The notes beneath the pieces are model-generated. The model saw nothing but the letters and a program-made list of their open reading frames with translations, was not told where the DNA came from and did not search any database. Shown one piece after another: positions 21,301-35,600 of a stretch of 64,000 bases of DNA; positions within the stretch are counted from its first letter, which is position 1, and every line of letters starts with the position of its first letter. Origin of the DNA: Botryllus schlosseri (lineage: Eukaryota). The translations under genes were made by a program, and so were the position numbers. The stretch lies in assembly GCA_051294905.1 (NCBI GenBank), contig CM119383.1, positions 6,572,001 to 6,636,000 of the forward strand, read 5' to 3'.

Positions 21301-24029
21301 AGCAGAGAGTCACTAAATATTCACAAACGGAAAGCTGGATATTTCGAGCAAACTTTTGTTAGAAAGTAAGTAAAATTTTTGAAATTGTCCAGGTGTTGAT
21401 CGTTTATGCTGCCAGTGCCATGCATAGAGCGGTTCGCAGTTGAAATGCAATAAATGTGAACCAAATAAGTTATAATGAAGTGAAAATTGTAATATATATG
21501 AAAAAGGTTCACAGTGCAGAACCTACCAAGGTTCTGTTGTGAACGCGAACTTCAAAATTTCCGAGGTTCACACACAGAACGCGAACGTGAACCTCACGTT
21601 CACACCATCCCTAATATTTACTGCTAATCAGCGCGAGTGCTGCTGTATGAGTCTGGCTTGCGTCTTAACCAATGGTTTAGTAGTTTCAAGGACATTAATA
21701 TTATCTATTGCTCCTGTATTGTTCGGCCAGTCGACTGTGTACCAAGCAGTATCCTAAAGCAATCAGTGTTACATGCTGGAAGTCTGTGTGTTTACCCACC
21801 GAGCCGTGTTCGCAGAGTGTCATCCGATCCATGAACGTCAACCCGAAGATCTCCTTCCCTCCGGAATGTGACTTCTCTCTCGTGACTCCGTTCATTCGCG
21901 AAGTGTGTCGCGTGGCGTACGCGATGCAAGCCTTGGAACCCCCGCTCGACGTGCCGCTGGCTACTGGAGGAGAGTTATTTTCGGACGCGAAGTAAGAGAA
22001 GCTTGCTGCGTGACAATACGATGTACCGCCAGTCCTATTGGATTCATCATCCGTTTTTTTCTATATTTTGCAACCGGTGCCTTTAGTGTGTGGTACATTA
22101 CACAAATTACTATATCGTAAAAACCCAAGTCATTGCACACTTAATTAGCAGGGCTAGGGAAAAGTGAGTACCTCACTGATTCAATTCCGAATTGAGTATT
22201 CGAGTACCATTCATTATGACGTCAAAGCAATAAGAATGACTTCTAAAGTTCAAATATGTACTTTTTGCCTCCACAAATGAAAAATTTCTGGTTTCACCAT
22301 CAAAAATATTTAAATACTTTCGGGCTATGATCACAGACATATTGTAGCATTCAGCTTGCAGTCGAGGTTTCAAGGCTCTGTGGTGTGAATAAAGTATCAA
22401 AACAATATTTCTCGGTGACAAAAATTCACTGCCATTCAAAAATCAGGAACAACGTCCGGCTGCTAGCTGGTACACTCTACAGGGCACTGTACAATACCGT
22501 GCAGTATAATTTCATCCCTGTTCTGAAAGGTGAATCGATATCCACACTGGTCAATCCTAGTAATGTCAGTTCTGTTCATGAAAGGTCCTTCAATCTCCAT
22601 CACTTTCTGACGACGTCCACCTTTGCAGATACCGTAGAAGTTACGACAGCGAATACAGCGCGCCGCTAGTCGCTTACCACATCTGGCCAGCCCTGATGGA
22701 AGGCGACATCCCGCTCATCAAGGGGGAAGCTTGCACCAGACGTGGAGCGGTAAGTTGCAAACTTTTGCTCGTAATGTTCAGACGCTGATTGGTTTTGTTT
22801 TGAGAGCAGCTATCGTCCCCGAGAAGAAGTCGATCTCCCAGCCCGCTACGATCCAGCTCGCGCCTATCTCGCAGTAGCTTGGTGAGTCGTGTAACATGAC
22901 GGCGTGGGTGTTGTTGCTTGTAGACCTCGTACAGGGCCAACAAAATTATTGGTAATAACTAGGACATTGTTTACCCTAAAAATGGAAGATTTTGACAATT
23001 TTTTATGTCAATACACATGATTTTGACAAACTTTTGCCCTCATGTATGTAAATTAGGCGTTTTCCCACATAATGTTAGAATTGTATTACTTATCTTCATT
23101 TCTGGTTAGAACTGTCTGTCCAGACAAAGTAGTTTGGCCTGAAAAAACTTTGATTTAAAACCTGACAAATTTTTAAATGAACAAACTTTTTATTAACCAA
23201 ATCAGGACCTAGTTGTAGTTACATCTTACATCACACATTATGGTAGAAATAATTAAAATTTTTTGTAGTACAAAGAAAGATACTTTCCTACATTCTCGGG
23301 TAGAAAGCTTGCCAAGAACGGAGAAAGCTGCCAGCCAACAGCAGCAGTTGTTGGCTGGCAACACTGAAGTTATGTGTCCACTGCTGGTGACGAACCATGT
23401 CGCTCCATTCTGACAATGTTGTCTACATCACAATTTTTCATCACACGCTTTTCGATATATGAACCAATGCCCATGCAGTCTTGCTTCAGTTAGAATATTG
23501 CGGTACATTGAGCATAACACCACGTCAACCTATTTCTTTCATTTGACCATTGCTCTCAAATGTAACGAAAAAGCACCATTGCAGTTACAGAAGTTTTTCA
23601 CAAAACACCTTCACAAAACTTATTTTCTTTCTGCAAGCACAATTTTTATTCACTTGGTCATCGTAATAACTGAAATCTAACAAGCGTATAGTTCCCTCAG
23701 TAGATTTACAGAAATTTTGAAGTCATTGTTCTGTGAAGAAAATATAAGAGTCAGTGGTAAGTGAACCGACTCCAGAGCCCTAGTTGACATGATTATGAAA
23801 CACGATTATCAATTTTTGAAGAGCTTCTTGGAGGTACAGAACTTCAATATACAGTTGAATAGTATATTCATATTGAAACATACCTGAAAATATTCGGGTT
23901 TATTTCAACATGAATATACTATTCAATTATCAATTTTTCTATCCAAAAATACCTACTCAGAATCAAACTAAATTCCAATTTCTGCAGAGCCCGGACCGCG
24001 GCAGGAGCAAGTCGAAGAGAAGATATTAG
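15378..24029 (+). CDS. SPATA18: Mitochondria-eating protein (Mieap) orthologue, ~484 aa, 12 coding exons
   Basis: Exons 15378-15464, 15533-15754, 16856-16941, 17191-17286, 18334-18468, 18978-19040, 19334-19463, 20095-20319, 21816-21991, 22629-22749, 22810-22881, 23988-24029 (1455 nt, in frame). Motifs [70 protein letters not shown] and [15 protein letters not shown] match vertebrate Mieap as recalled. Confidence 0.92.
17514..18110. mobile_element. Charlie-like hAT non-autonomous element interrupted by a second MITE
   Basis: Termini CAGTGATTCCCAAAGT ... ACTTTGGGAGACACTA; flanks ATTTAGAC / ATCTAGAT resemble the NTCTAGAN 8-bp target. Confidence 0.7.
17589..18060. mobile_element. hAT-type MITE (GACTCGAGTC family), 472 bp
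   Basis: TIRs CAGGGTTGTAA / TTATAACCCTG; perfect 8-bp TSD CTTTATTT (17581-17588, 18061-18068); subterminal GACTCGAGTC arrays. Confidence 0.88.
20643..21613. mobile_element. hAT-type non-autonomous element, 971 bp, in a SPATA18 intron
   Basis: TIRs TAGGGATGGTGTGAAC / GTTCACACCATCCCTA; perfect 8-bp TSD ATATTTAC; subterminal GTGAACGCGAAC repeats. Confidence 0.9.
23815..23930. repeat. Rearranged copy of hammerhead-bearing repeat with internal inverted repeat
   Basis: GAGCTTCTTGGAGGTACAGAACTTCAAT flank; 24-bp arms 23855-23878 / 23903-23926 (1 mismatch) enclosing GAAAATATTCGGGT. Confidence 0.6.
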
Positions 24030-26606
24030 GAATTCAACGACGCTACGTTACTAGATATCAACTTTGGACAATATAGACAGGGCGCAGAATATCGGAAGTG
24101 CCAAACAATGCTTCCGCCTTGAAAGCATTGCGAACTTTTCTCTTCAAATCTTGTATTAATTACCTTACGTAGACAATGACACTGTTTTCTGTGATGATTT
24201 AGTGACTTTCGCATTTCATGGATATAGCTCGTAAACGATTACAAGCGACACTAATAATGCACTTAGCGCTGACATAGGAGCTCTTTTTAATAAGGATTTT
24301 CACTGTTTCGGCGTAGAGCCTACGATGTACCACTGCTTACTATTAGATTTAGGCCTTACTTTTATGTACATAGAGTTTTGAAGTTATCTAGTAACGGCCC
24401 CGCACTCATGCGCTGTACATTTACTGCAATAATCGAAGGGTGTCGTAGAATTGAACACCACATCCCGTGTTCGTGTGCGTTTAGAACGTTTTTAAAAGAG
24501 AGCGGGCTGTTCTATTTTTCCAAAGTGGTTTTATATGCATGTAATATAGAGTAATAATTCCTGTGAATGTATGGGTTGCGTGGTAGAGAATGGACGAAGG
24601 ACGGTGACCTTATTACGAGAGCAGGTAGGTAATCAGAATGGTGGAATGAGCAATGTAAAAGGATGCTGAGATGACACGTCTACTAAAAATATAGGTTTCA
24701 GTTACTACCACAAACATGTAGGTTGTAGACAAAATACACTGTAATTGGAATGGTCTAGTTTTATGACATATTCAACAGATGAGACAGGGGTCACGCTGAT
24801 TAAAATCACAGCCTGCAAACTCAACATGGGAGATTTACTGCAAAAAATATTTCCAGTTCAAACAATATCCCACCTGCAATCATGCAATTACTTCACAACA
24901 CCTGACACGGTAACTAGCAGGAGCTGAGTTCTATACCAGAACCAAGACAGTATTTTTCTTAATCCCCAAGCCAAATAACACAAAATTTCACATCATGGTG
25001 CCTCATCCAATGCCAACTTTACCTCTAAAACCCATTGTCACACCCATAAATTTAAGCGAGCGATGTTTCGTGTAACAATTTTATTACGAATTTTCATAAA
25101 TCAGCAAACAGGACTCAATTACAGTCGGTACAGTCCGATGACACATACAGCTGTGACTGGCAGACAGCATCAGTCACCGAAATCACACATGCAGTTCAAA
25201 TGGGCGGACTCTTATGCCTATCGACAGTATCCATGATCAATCAAGCAACAACGGGAGAGAGGTTATTATTAAATTTCAACTTTTCAGACGGACTTCTCAA
25301 TGATCGTATTGATGTTCCTCAAGTTCTGTTTGGTGCATTAAAAATTGCTGGGTTTGAATACCTTGTCATAACAGTAATAAGTCAAAATTTTTTCGGTGTT
25401 TCTTGAACATGACCATCCCATTCCGCTTGATGAAAATGCTGCGGTTCAACCACTGCTTACAGAGAAATGTTTCCAGGAATATTTGCAGCCATGGGAGTTC
25501 AAGTGTCTTAATTATATTTTTCCTTGATAAAAACTTCCAATGTGCAGGGTGTATACTGCATATTTTCGATTCTCAAATTACTACGATTGTGACCAGCCCT
25601 CGATACAATACCAGACTGCTAGCGGCGTACAATGCCCTTGCCCATCTTAACCTTCGGGCTGTAGTGATAACACTGGACCCGTGGTTAATAAAAATCAACA
25701 GACAGATATTCACGCCTGTGTCACCTTATTAAAGATATCACGCTTGCGCTAGATTGGAAGCAAAGATACCGCACTTTAGCAATAAATAGCTTGATACTTA
25801 GACAGGTGAGTTGTGAAGATATCCGCAAGCAACAGTTTTAGCCGTACGATACACTAATATCAAGTGACAAGCCACGGAGTTGTTGAGAGTGAGACCAAAG
25901 GTGGCACTAGCCCAAGTGTCACGTAATTATATGGGCGGAAATTAGGAAAATTAGCGGTCTAGACGAGACGAAGACATGGCGATAAGCCATTATAAAATCG
26001 AAAATGTATGGCATACCATAGATGTTTTTTCATGGCGGTTTTAATCATGCAAGGTGCACCGTAAAATCAGCATGCATTGTGCGAGTAATATTTCACGAGC
26101 GACGCACTCCCACATTCATATCGTATCGATTCATCTTGGTTAATTATTATTTATCGTAACTCGACACGAACCCCAGGTTGAAAATAAGGTCGGATGAAGT
26201 TGAAAACGTTGGCCTCAACCAGTGGTGAGATTCAGCCGGTTCTATAGAATTGTGTCACTAGATTTTATGAGACCAGCGAACCGGATATTGGTTACTATCA
26301 TTGATTTTTTTGTAACAGACCCGACTGAAAAGTGTGGCTCTTGTGATAGAAACGGCTGAGTAAAATTTTGAACAGACCTCTACCTTTTTGACCAATTGAA
26401 CAACACTACAAATTCTACGGACGTAAACTCCAAACAACCGCGATTGTGTGAACCACGCATGACAACGCACGGCGGACTGCAATTTCAAATTTCCTAATTC
26501 GCGTAAACAAGATAATAAAGTCGAGCGACCGTGCCGAAAAATCATCAGGGGCACATCCCAGATCTCCGGAAGACGGAAAGTAACCTTTGACCCCGCAAAG
26601 ACACAA

Positions 26607-29600
26607 TTAATTACACGGAACTGGGACGTTGCTTTGCTCTTCGATCTGATGATCGGACATTGTCCCGTTCTCCGCCGCCTGCGAATCCGATTCGGGCGCG
26701 GAAACCTTTGAAGACGACGACTGAAACGCGGTGGCCCGGGGATACTTGCCCCGGCAGTAGTGGATGTAATCAAGCTCTAATTCCGGCGGGACGTCTCCTA
26801 AATGTCCCGCGCGTATCGCTTGCAGGCCTTCGACGCATGACTGCAAAAATATTCAGAACGGTTTAGGACATACAGGCCAAACATTTACATTTAAAAAAAT
26901 GACAAAGTAGATGTTCTTTTCAGCGTGCCTTCACTACTAGAGTTGGTGAAAGCAGGATTGTATCGACTCGAGTCGCGATGTTTTGGTGACTCGACTTGAG
27001 TCAATTTGTGTATTGACTTGAACCAACGGCCAGGGCAGACATTTCAGTGCAACTCCAAAGAATAGTAACTGTATACGTTAAACGCTATCAAGGGCAAGGT
27101 TATTGGCTTCATAACCCCAATTTTGTGGTTTTAGTCAGTGAAATTGTACCAGAGCTATTGCCGCGGTTTACAAGCCTTCAAAATTTAATAATATCAATAA
27201 TAATAAACATTATATCATTACTATAATACGGCATTGTACACAAGAGGCAATAAAATATACAAGAAAATGTTAAGTATAAAACACAGAGTGCATAGTTACA
27301 GGCCAGAATAAACACTACTGTAGCTCGAACGCTAGCGCGACTAAAACGGTTTTGATTTTGCGCTTGAAAACATACAGCGAGTCAGATAATCTGATAGAAA
27401 CCAGAGGATTGTTCCACAGAAAGGCAAGGGAGGAAGAGAGGGTTCTCTCTCCGTAGGTCAATGTTTTGATTCTTGGAACTGAAAAGAGTTTCTACGACTG
27501 AGAATGCGTACTGAAAAGGCGTATTGGAAAAAGTAACGTAAAACATAACTCACGGTGACGGACGCCGTTGGCGAATAACTTTTCCAGTGCGACAGAAGTT
27601 CAGACACTGTCTCGGACTTTGACGGGTCGAGAACATACATGGCGCGGCAGCCTGGAAAGAAAACCGCTGGATTAGAAGCTCAACACCGGTAGGATAATCG
27701 GTTGGTCAACATTTGAGCGTGCGACACAATGGAAAACGACAGCTGAGATTGCCTGCATCATGTGAAGATCTTCTTGGAGGTACAGAACTACATAATAAAT
27801 GAACCCAAATATTTTCGACTGACACTCGTCAGCTGTAATCGTCAGCAACTGGTAAAGATTTGGGAAGAACATTGTATATCAACAATCATATGATGAATTA
27901 TAATACTGGACAACAAACAAATTTCATCACCGTAGGTGAGAACGATTTTAGGGTAAATTGGGGGCGCTGAGCTCGAAAATTGCATTGGTTCCTGCAGACT
28001 GGCTTTATTTTTCAAGATATCACCGAATTTGGATGTTTTTATTCACACCAGGTTACATTTAATCCGAACAGCCTATAGTAAATGTTTCAATAGGTCCGTC
28101 TGTACTGAAACCACGAGGATGTGAGAAATGTAAAACACCATTAGATCGGCGGAACGAAACTGTCCTGCATAAATCTATTCTTTTCCACATATCGAACACA
28201 AAAATACCACATTATTTGTATTTTCATCGGATGCTCCTATTATATTGTAATTTGCGACGATAAGCTTCCTATACCGATAAATGGGCTTGAAGTAAACAAC
28301 AAATAGCAGTAATTCGGTATTAGCAAACCAAGTATGCCTGAAACTACAAAAAGACGACCATTTTTCATGGCATATGTAGGAATAGGCAACATCACAAAAA
28401 ATAGAGCCAATTCGGCTAAGGTTGCCCCTGAATTGATCTCACATATCATGAATTTGAAAAAAAAATTTTTTTGGCCCTGTGTAATCTTCAACAAATCTAA
28501 CATGCCTACATGTAGCATAGTCATTGGTCATAAATGTCCATGAACCCTACAGCAACATGGGTTTGCGTAACGGGCGAAAAACACAGCAACTCAAACAGTC
28601 AAAAGGCTTACCCGAAAGAACGCAATCCATCGAGGAGCTGTTCCCTGTGATGTATTTCAGATTGTACGCCGCGTAGTCTGTCGACGTTATCAGGTCCCGC
28701 AACGAGGCTTCGATAACCGATTTGACCGCATCGACTGAAGATTCGTACCCTGAAACAGCGAATGAATATGTTAAAGTGAGAAAAATTAGGAAATCATACA
28801 TGTAATGCATTCGATGTGACTCAAGACTTACAAACTTCTTGCTACTTCAACAAGTCAAAGTTCAAAAAGTGAAATGGAAATAAAATGAAAAGAGCTTCTT
28901 GGAGGTACATAACTTCAATGTGCAATTGCATGAAATAAACTCAAATATTTTCGGCTCAAGTTATTTACCACTCGAGTCAATAGTGCAAGTAGCAATATAC
29001 TCGTGCACTTGGGACCGCCTCTACGCACGTGCTAAAATTCACACTCAACACATCATCCACTCACCAGACCGGATGAATCTCATAAGAATAATGTGCACCG
29101 CCGGATGCTTGACGCCGCCCTCCGCGCACTTGGCGGCCCTGGACACGGACCGGACCATGAGGAGGTACTTCTTCGCGCGTTCGTAATACTCGTACGACAA
29201 CAGGTGAGTCGTCAAGGTCTTCGGAAAGTGCAGTTGCAGGGCGGTCAGGAAAGGTCTGGCCTCCTGAAGCGGATTTTCAACCTGAAAAGGAGAGAAAGTC
29301 AGAAAGAGATACATTTGAGCGTGTGCTAGAATGCAAATATTAAACGCAACTACTAGTCCAGAATCAGGAATGATTTCAAAAGCACTTTCATACTGGAAGT
29401 AAATAGTTGGTATTCACACGAACGTAGTACTCGTGAAACTTGATTGAGGATACTCAGCGTCATGATTGTAATGACTCGCATGACTCGAGTGACAATTTTT
29501 TGGTGACTCGACTTGACTCGAGTCAATTTTTCAAATTTTAAAATGACTTGACTCGAGTCAATTTTTCAAATTTAAAAATGACTTGACTCGAGTCAATTTT

Positions 29601-32600
29601 TGCATTGACTCGACTTGTACTCGAGTCATTGTGCATCACTCGAACCAAGTCCTTTGACTCGAGACTAGGACGGCCAAGACAGATATTTCATTGTAATTTC
29701 AAAGAATAGCAAAGTCACCACATGATTGGTATTTCGTCTATCAGTCCTGATACTTGGAAAATAGGGCCAGAAACTGTTAGGGCCTGAGGAAAATTACGGT
29801 ATGATGAATGCGAGCCAGAGCCATTCTAAAACACTCGAGAATTTGATTTGTGTCAAGTAGATAGAGTCGATTTCCAAGCAACTAAAAGATATGCCTTCAC
29901 AAAAGAGTCATATTCTATCAAGGAACAATACAGTTTCAACACATACATTCCCATCGCTCGAGTTACAAAATCTCAGTGATGTATATCTCAGCATAAAAAA
30001 ACGAGTTGCATAACGGAACGGCAATTCTGCAGTAGTGCTATGAAATAGTCATAACAGCCCAGCAATAGGAAATTATTTCGGATGAAATGCAACTAATGTA
30101 ACTGGCATCATTTCCTTGCGGCCACAAAAAATGCATATCTGTGAACTTTCCAAGTCATTATTAATGTTACAATGTCATAGTGTGTCGTACTCAAACACTC
30201 GACTCAGAATGGAATCGCCCAGCTGCTAGATTTTGCCCAGCCACGTTCAGGGGTCAAAGACATTCGTGCGATACTCACGCTGACCAACTTCCTGGCATCA
30301 AATTCGACCTTGGCCGAACTCTCGCTTTCTTCGTCTTTGTTATTTTTTTGCTGCCTGAAAACGAAATCACACGACGTTACGCTCCAGAGAAACCGAGACT
30401 AGAAAATCTTTACCACCGCTTGTCGAATAGTTTTTGTCTATCAGTTTTTAGGGGCACGACCAAAGGTGGTCATCAACCGTGTGCTTCTACTTTTTGGATT
30501 AGTCAAAGTGTTACCTTACTCTCACTGTTATCTTTTTAGGCTTCCACCACATCTACTCGACAGCTGTTTAGCAAAGACTTTGGATTTTGTGCGGTAGAAA
30601 GTATTTTTACGACACGCTTTTATTGCTCTCATGAGTAAAATATTTGGATACCAACGGGGCCTTGGAAATTCGCGCCTATTTGTAGCGTTACTAACTAACC
30701 TCCGACTAACTGATAAAAGTTTGTGACCCGCGACCAGTCTTTGAAACTGCTCAATCGAGTCTTTTTGACATTGTCTCGAAAATCATCACCCAGGGTTGGA
30801 AGGACTCAGGCCATGACTCGACTCAATGGGCGTGACTCGAACCAAGTCAGTCTCGAGACTAGGATGGCCAAGTAACTTCGAAGAATAGTAACCACATTAT
30901 TGGTATTTTGACTACCAGTTCTGATACTCGGAAAATAGGGCCAGAAACTGTTAAAACTGAGGAAAATTGCTATAGTATGAATGCGAGCGATTCTACATCA
31001 CCCGAGCAGAGTTGACAAAATGGGTTGAACCGGATTGAACTAACAACTGAACACAGTGAACACAATGACTCGGACTCGAGTCAAAACGCTACCACTCGAG
31101 TCAAAACTATAAAAGTGAGATTGACTTGTGACTTGGTAACAACCCCGTCATTAACGCTACTTGAGTAAAAATTTCTCAAGTATTAGCCACGGCAACTCTT
31201 TAGAAGACCACCGGGAGTCGGGGCACGATCCAGTTCTTCAGAAACCGACCTGTTTTTGCCGGCCTTTTCCTGCTCCTGTTTTTTCTTCTCCTCCTCGGCC
31301 AGCTTGCGTTTCTGTTTCCTCTGCTTGTTACGCAGCTTCTTCAGCTCGCTTTTACTGAGCGTGTCTTCGGCGGCTTGCGAGTCGTCGCCGTTCATTTGCT
31401 GCGGGTTGTCGTGGAGACTGACGTAGACCTGGAGCGTCGATGAAAAAGCGAATCTGAGGTTACGATATTTTATTTTAACTGGAAATTTTATACCCGGCAG
31501 TTTTTTTCAAATTTTACTGGCAACTTGATAAAATTGTTACGTTGCTTATAAAACACTGCACACCAAATTCGGCTTAATTTCAAATCCTAGATGCATTGCT
31601 GTAAGAGAAGAAAATTTGTATTGAATCATACTACTAGTTGTTGACGATTACCCCTGACGAGTGTCAGCCGAAAATATTCGGGTTCATCTCCAGATTAAGA
31701 TACCATTGAATTGAATATTCAAAGTAAATAAAAATAAAAAAATTTCAAATTTCATTGGCTGACCCTGTGGAATTGTCAAGCTGTCTAGAAAAAAAAGGTG
31801 AATCTAAACTTTGGCTAAATTCCAACCAGTGAAAGCGAAGTTATTGCGGTTGAAAATTTTGGATTCAAAAAAATAGTAGTTACGTCAGACCTATTTTTTT
31901 GAAATCACAACGAAGACAGAATTTAGTTTCCTGTCGACTCAGCACACCCAAAACTGCAATTGACTACGGCAACACAGAACACAGAAATTCTCAATTACCC
32001 AACGATCTGAGATTTCACAATAATTACTTCCCATCATAGATCGGGCATTTTTCCGGCACGGTACCTTAATCGCGATAGTCGCCGCGTCGAAATAGAACCG
32101 ATGCGATCGCAGCTTATCTTCCGACTTGAGCATGGCGACGTAGGCCCGCAATGTCATCTTCCGCATGCAATACTGATGGAAATCAAACTGATCCTCCAAG
32201 ATCTCGGCAAAATGCTGGAGAAACGGAATAGAATAAAGAAATATAATATAATGTAACATTTCAGGACAAAAATTCCGGATCGCAACAGTAGATTCGTGAC
32301 ACGACTCTTAAATAATGTCGCCACGTTTCAAACATTTCAAGTAGATTCAGAAACAAAGTCAATGACAAGACAGGGTAAATAAGAAGGAGCCTTTTAGCAT
32401 CAGCACCTACCACCTTTGGGAACAGGTCACTCACTACCTTCGAGTCAAATCCTTCACTCGATTTTTACATGTGACTCGAGACAAGTCTTGACTTGATAGG
32501 AAAAAAGTGACTTCATATTCGTAATCAGCGTACGAAAATTGACTTAGTAGTCGTCATTTTGGGCAAAAAAAAAAATCATGTCGACCAATGTTATATTCAA

Positions 32601-35600
32601 GTTATCGCACTTTGCAAGAGGATTGGTTGCTATTTATTGTGCATCGAGCAACGAATGTCAGTTTATTACGATTGCAAAAGGGCTTGCAGTTAAAGCAGGC
32701 TTCACAATCGTTGAATGTCGGCGGTTGCCATGACAGTTCAAACCGACGCGCCAAGATCAACTTAAAATTGGACTCGAACATTTCACTTCGATTCACCAAG
32801 TTGGGCCATTTGAAAGAGTTGACTTGAGTCAAGTGGCCGACATCTTTGTCGCTCGCAGACGCTATCGCTCCCACTCACCCTGTCAATTTCGTGACACTTC
32901 TTCAGCGCTTCGCCGTATTTCTTGTCTTTGAAGTAGGCGAAGGCGCACTCCACCTCGAACCACATACACTGCATCTCGCGCAAGTATTCTTCGACGCTGA
33001 CGTTTTCCTAAAACACATAAACGGTATACTAAACGGTCCGGCCGAATCTCAAACCGCCGTCGTCCGTACCCTCGTGAATTTCGACGCGACGTTTTGCGCG
33101 TCTTCGATCTGGCTGTTCCTGATCATGTAGCAAGCGCACTTGCAGTTGACGAATCGGTCGGCCGTGTCCAGAGACTGCGCCTCGTCGACAGACGCCACCG
33201 CACCATCCATGTCTCCGGCGTGCTGAACGCAAAGAAACACACAAGGTTACATGATGCTATAAATATCCCATTACCGTAATACAGGGTGAATTTTATGCCG
33301 TTCTTATGGCCATTTCTCTCATAAAAGTGATCCAAACTCATCACAAAACTGAAAAAATGAGTAGCTTTGCCTAAAATCGAAGAAAGCCGAAGCAGGAGCA
33401 CAAAAACCACAACCACAAAAGTAGACAAGACCTCCTAAAGGTCAAAGAATATAGCTATGATCCCACCCGTAGCATCTTCCCCTTCAAAACGTGCAGCTCG
33501 ATGAGCGTCGGAGTATGGTCGATTGCTTTGTTGATGTATTTTATGGCCTCCTCCACCCGGCCGGTTCTGTCGTAGTGCTGAGCGATGTAGCACCACGTCC
33601 ACAGCGTCACGGCCGGAGATTGTTTGACTTCGTCTGTCGCAGAGAGCGTGCAATTTGAGATCAATGTCTAGCAGAGACAAAGATACTTCTCCTAACTTCA
33701 AGTAACAAATTCAAACATTAAATACTTGCTACACTGCCATTGTACTGCAACATCCCCAGTGATACTCTCCAGTGGGGATTACCAAATTAGGCCAATTTTG
33801 CCATACAATACGAAATACCAATAAGAACTAGGCTACTACTAAATGAAAGATTAGAAAAGTATGTAATAAACTGGTATAAGCTTGGATTCCAAGGTCTCCG
33901 AGTTTAATTGATAATGTCATAATACCTATCTTCTTATCTTATGACCCGACCACTCGTATTGCTCACTCATGGAATCCGCATCATATTATTAAAAATTATG
34001 GATGTAGTATATGTTTTATATTTTCATAGAAATATTGCTTAGAGAACACACATGAAATCACTGCAATCTGCCAGCACAAACGTCTCGTATCCCTCTCATT
34101 CAATACACAAAGCCCGATAAACTTTCAACAATATCTGACCTGATGGTGAAAATTTCTGGCACGTCTCCAGCGACTCCTGGAATCGCAGTATAATGTCCTC
34201 GATAATTTGAACTTTCTCTTCGTCTTTGTAAACGGGTTTCAGGATGACAAACAAGGGCGGCACCCCGCGCTGCAGCCCGTTGCGAAGAAATTTCTCTACT
34301 CTTCGTTTGAAGGAAGATCCTACAAGAATATAACTACAGTTGCCGGGTTGCGAAGTTCTCGCCTGGCTGTGAAATACATGCCTGAGGTGAAATATAAGGG
34401 GTATATAATCGGACAGTGACTCTTCGGGAAAAGTACTCCGATAACGTCGTAAATCTCTTCTTTCTCGTTGACACTGCCGGGCCGCACCGCTTTCTCCATT
34501 AATTCAAAATACCTGAAGAACAGTCATCATTTATGAAATGGGAAGTTCGGAAAAAGAACGAAAAAATCTCCAGCACATCAAACTGCAAATGAATATCCCA
34601 TAGGATGTCGTCGCGAATTTCGAATTTACGTGGACCCTCACGGGGGTATGTGTCTGTTGGGTGCGTCTAGTGAGCAGTAAGTCAGGACGATTCACTTGAA
34701 ATTGTATATTTCTTTTAAACCTATACTAGTTCACCTTTTATTTTCAGGATTTCGATACAAAAGTTCGGTACAAATCTTCTCCGCCTTGGAATGTTTTTCC
34801 ATATCGAGTAAGATTTCGGCTGTGAAACAGATGACGGAAATACTGGATAGCGATATTCACAGAAGAGGTTAAAACGCCAGTAAACAGAATACACTATACT
34901 GACATCAACACCAGTATCAACATGACAAGTTCCACCAAGCAAAACAATTGACCAACCTTGAATTTCAAGTAATGAGCTTTTATCCAAAATACTACTTCTG
35001 TGCTTCTCCATATGTTTCAAAGCGCTCTCCAGCTTGCCGGCTTCACGCAATATCGTTAATTGATAAAAAATTAGTTCACTGTACTCATAATTCTGACGGT
35101 TCTGAAAGTACAAATTAGTAAAAATTATATTACATAATATGTATTGTGTAATTAATAGACCGCGTACCTGGGCTTGCTGTGTCTTTCGGAACTCTTCCAA
35201 AACAGTAAATGCCATATCATAATCTTTTACAAGGTGTAAGGCAACGCCGTATCCAATCCAAGATGCCTGTTGTCCGGACTTCAGTTGCAATAATGTGTAT
35301 CTTGTGTCCTAGACAGTACAGACAGACTTGACATTGTAAGTTTTCTTTTCATGACAAATACTCAAACTTCAAACGCTATTTCTCTGAATTTCTACACTAC
35401 AAGAACCAGGAATGGGGCAATGTATCTTGATCATAAAACAGCTTCAAAATATGATGGAGATAATTGAACTTGTGAGCTCGGCAATAGATATTACTTCAAA
35501 GTTTTGCCTCCACCATTCCTCACTATCACAGCTATGTTTGCAGGGTTTCATAGATGGCATTGGAATTACAAGCATTGTGTTATGCAGTGGTTCTCAAACT

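Noticed and set aside
23329-23360. 12-bp perfect hairpin TGCCAGCCAACA / TGTTGGCTGGCA
   Set aside because: Single intronic occurrence with no Helitron CTRR end or other context; too short for a pre-miRNA.
24700-25750. Possible decayed LINE endonuclease (..GCDFNQRD..) and the 109-aa ORF at 25403
   Set aside because: Many stops in all frames and only one weak motif; needs a profile search.
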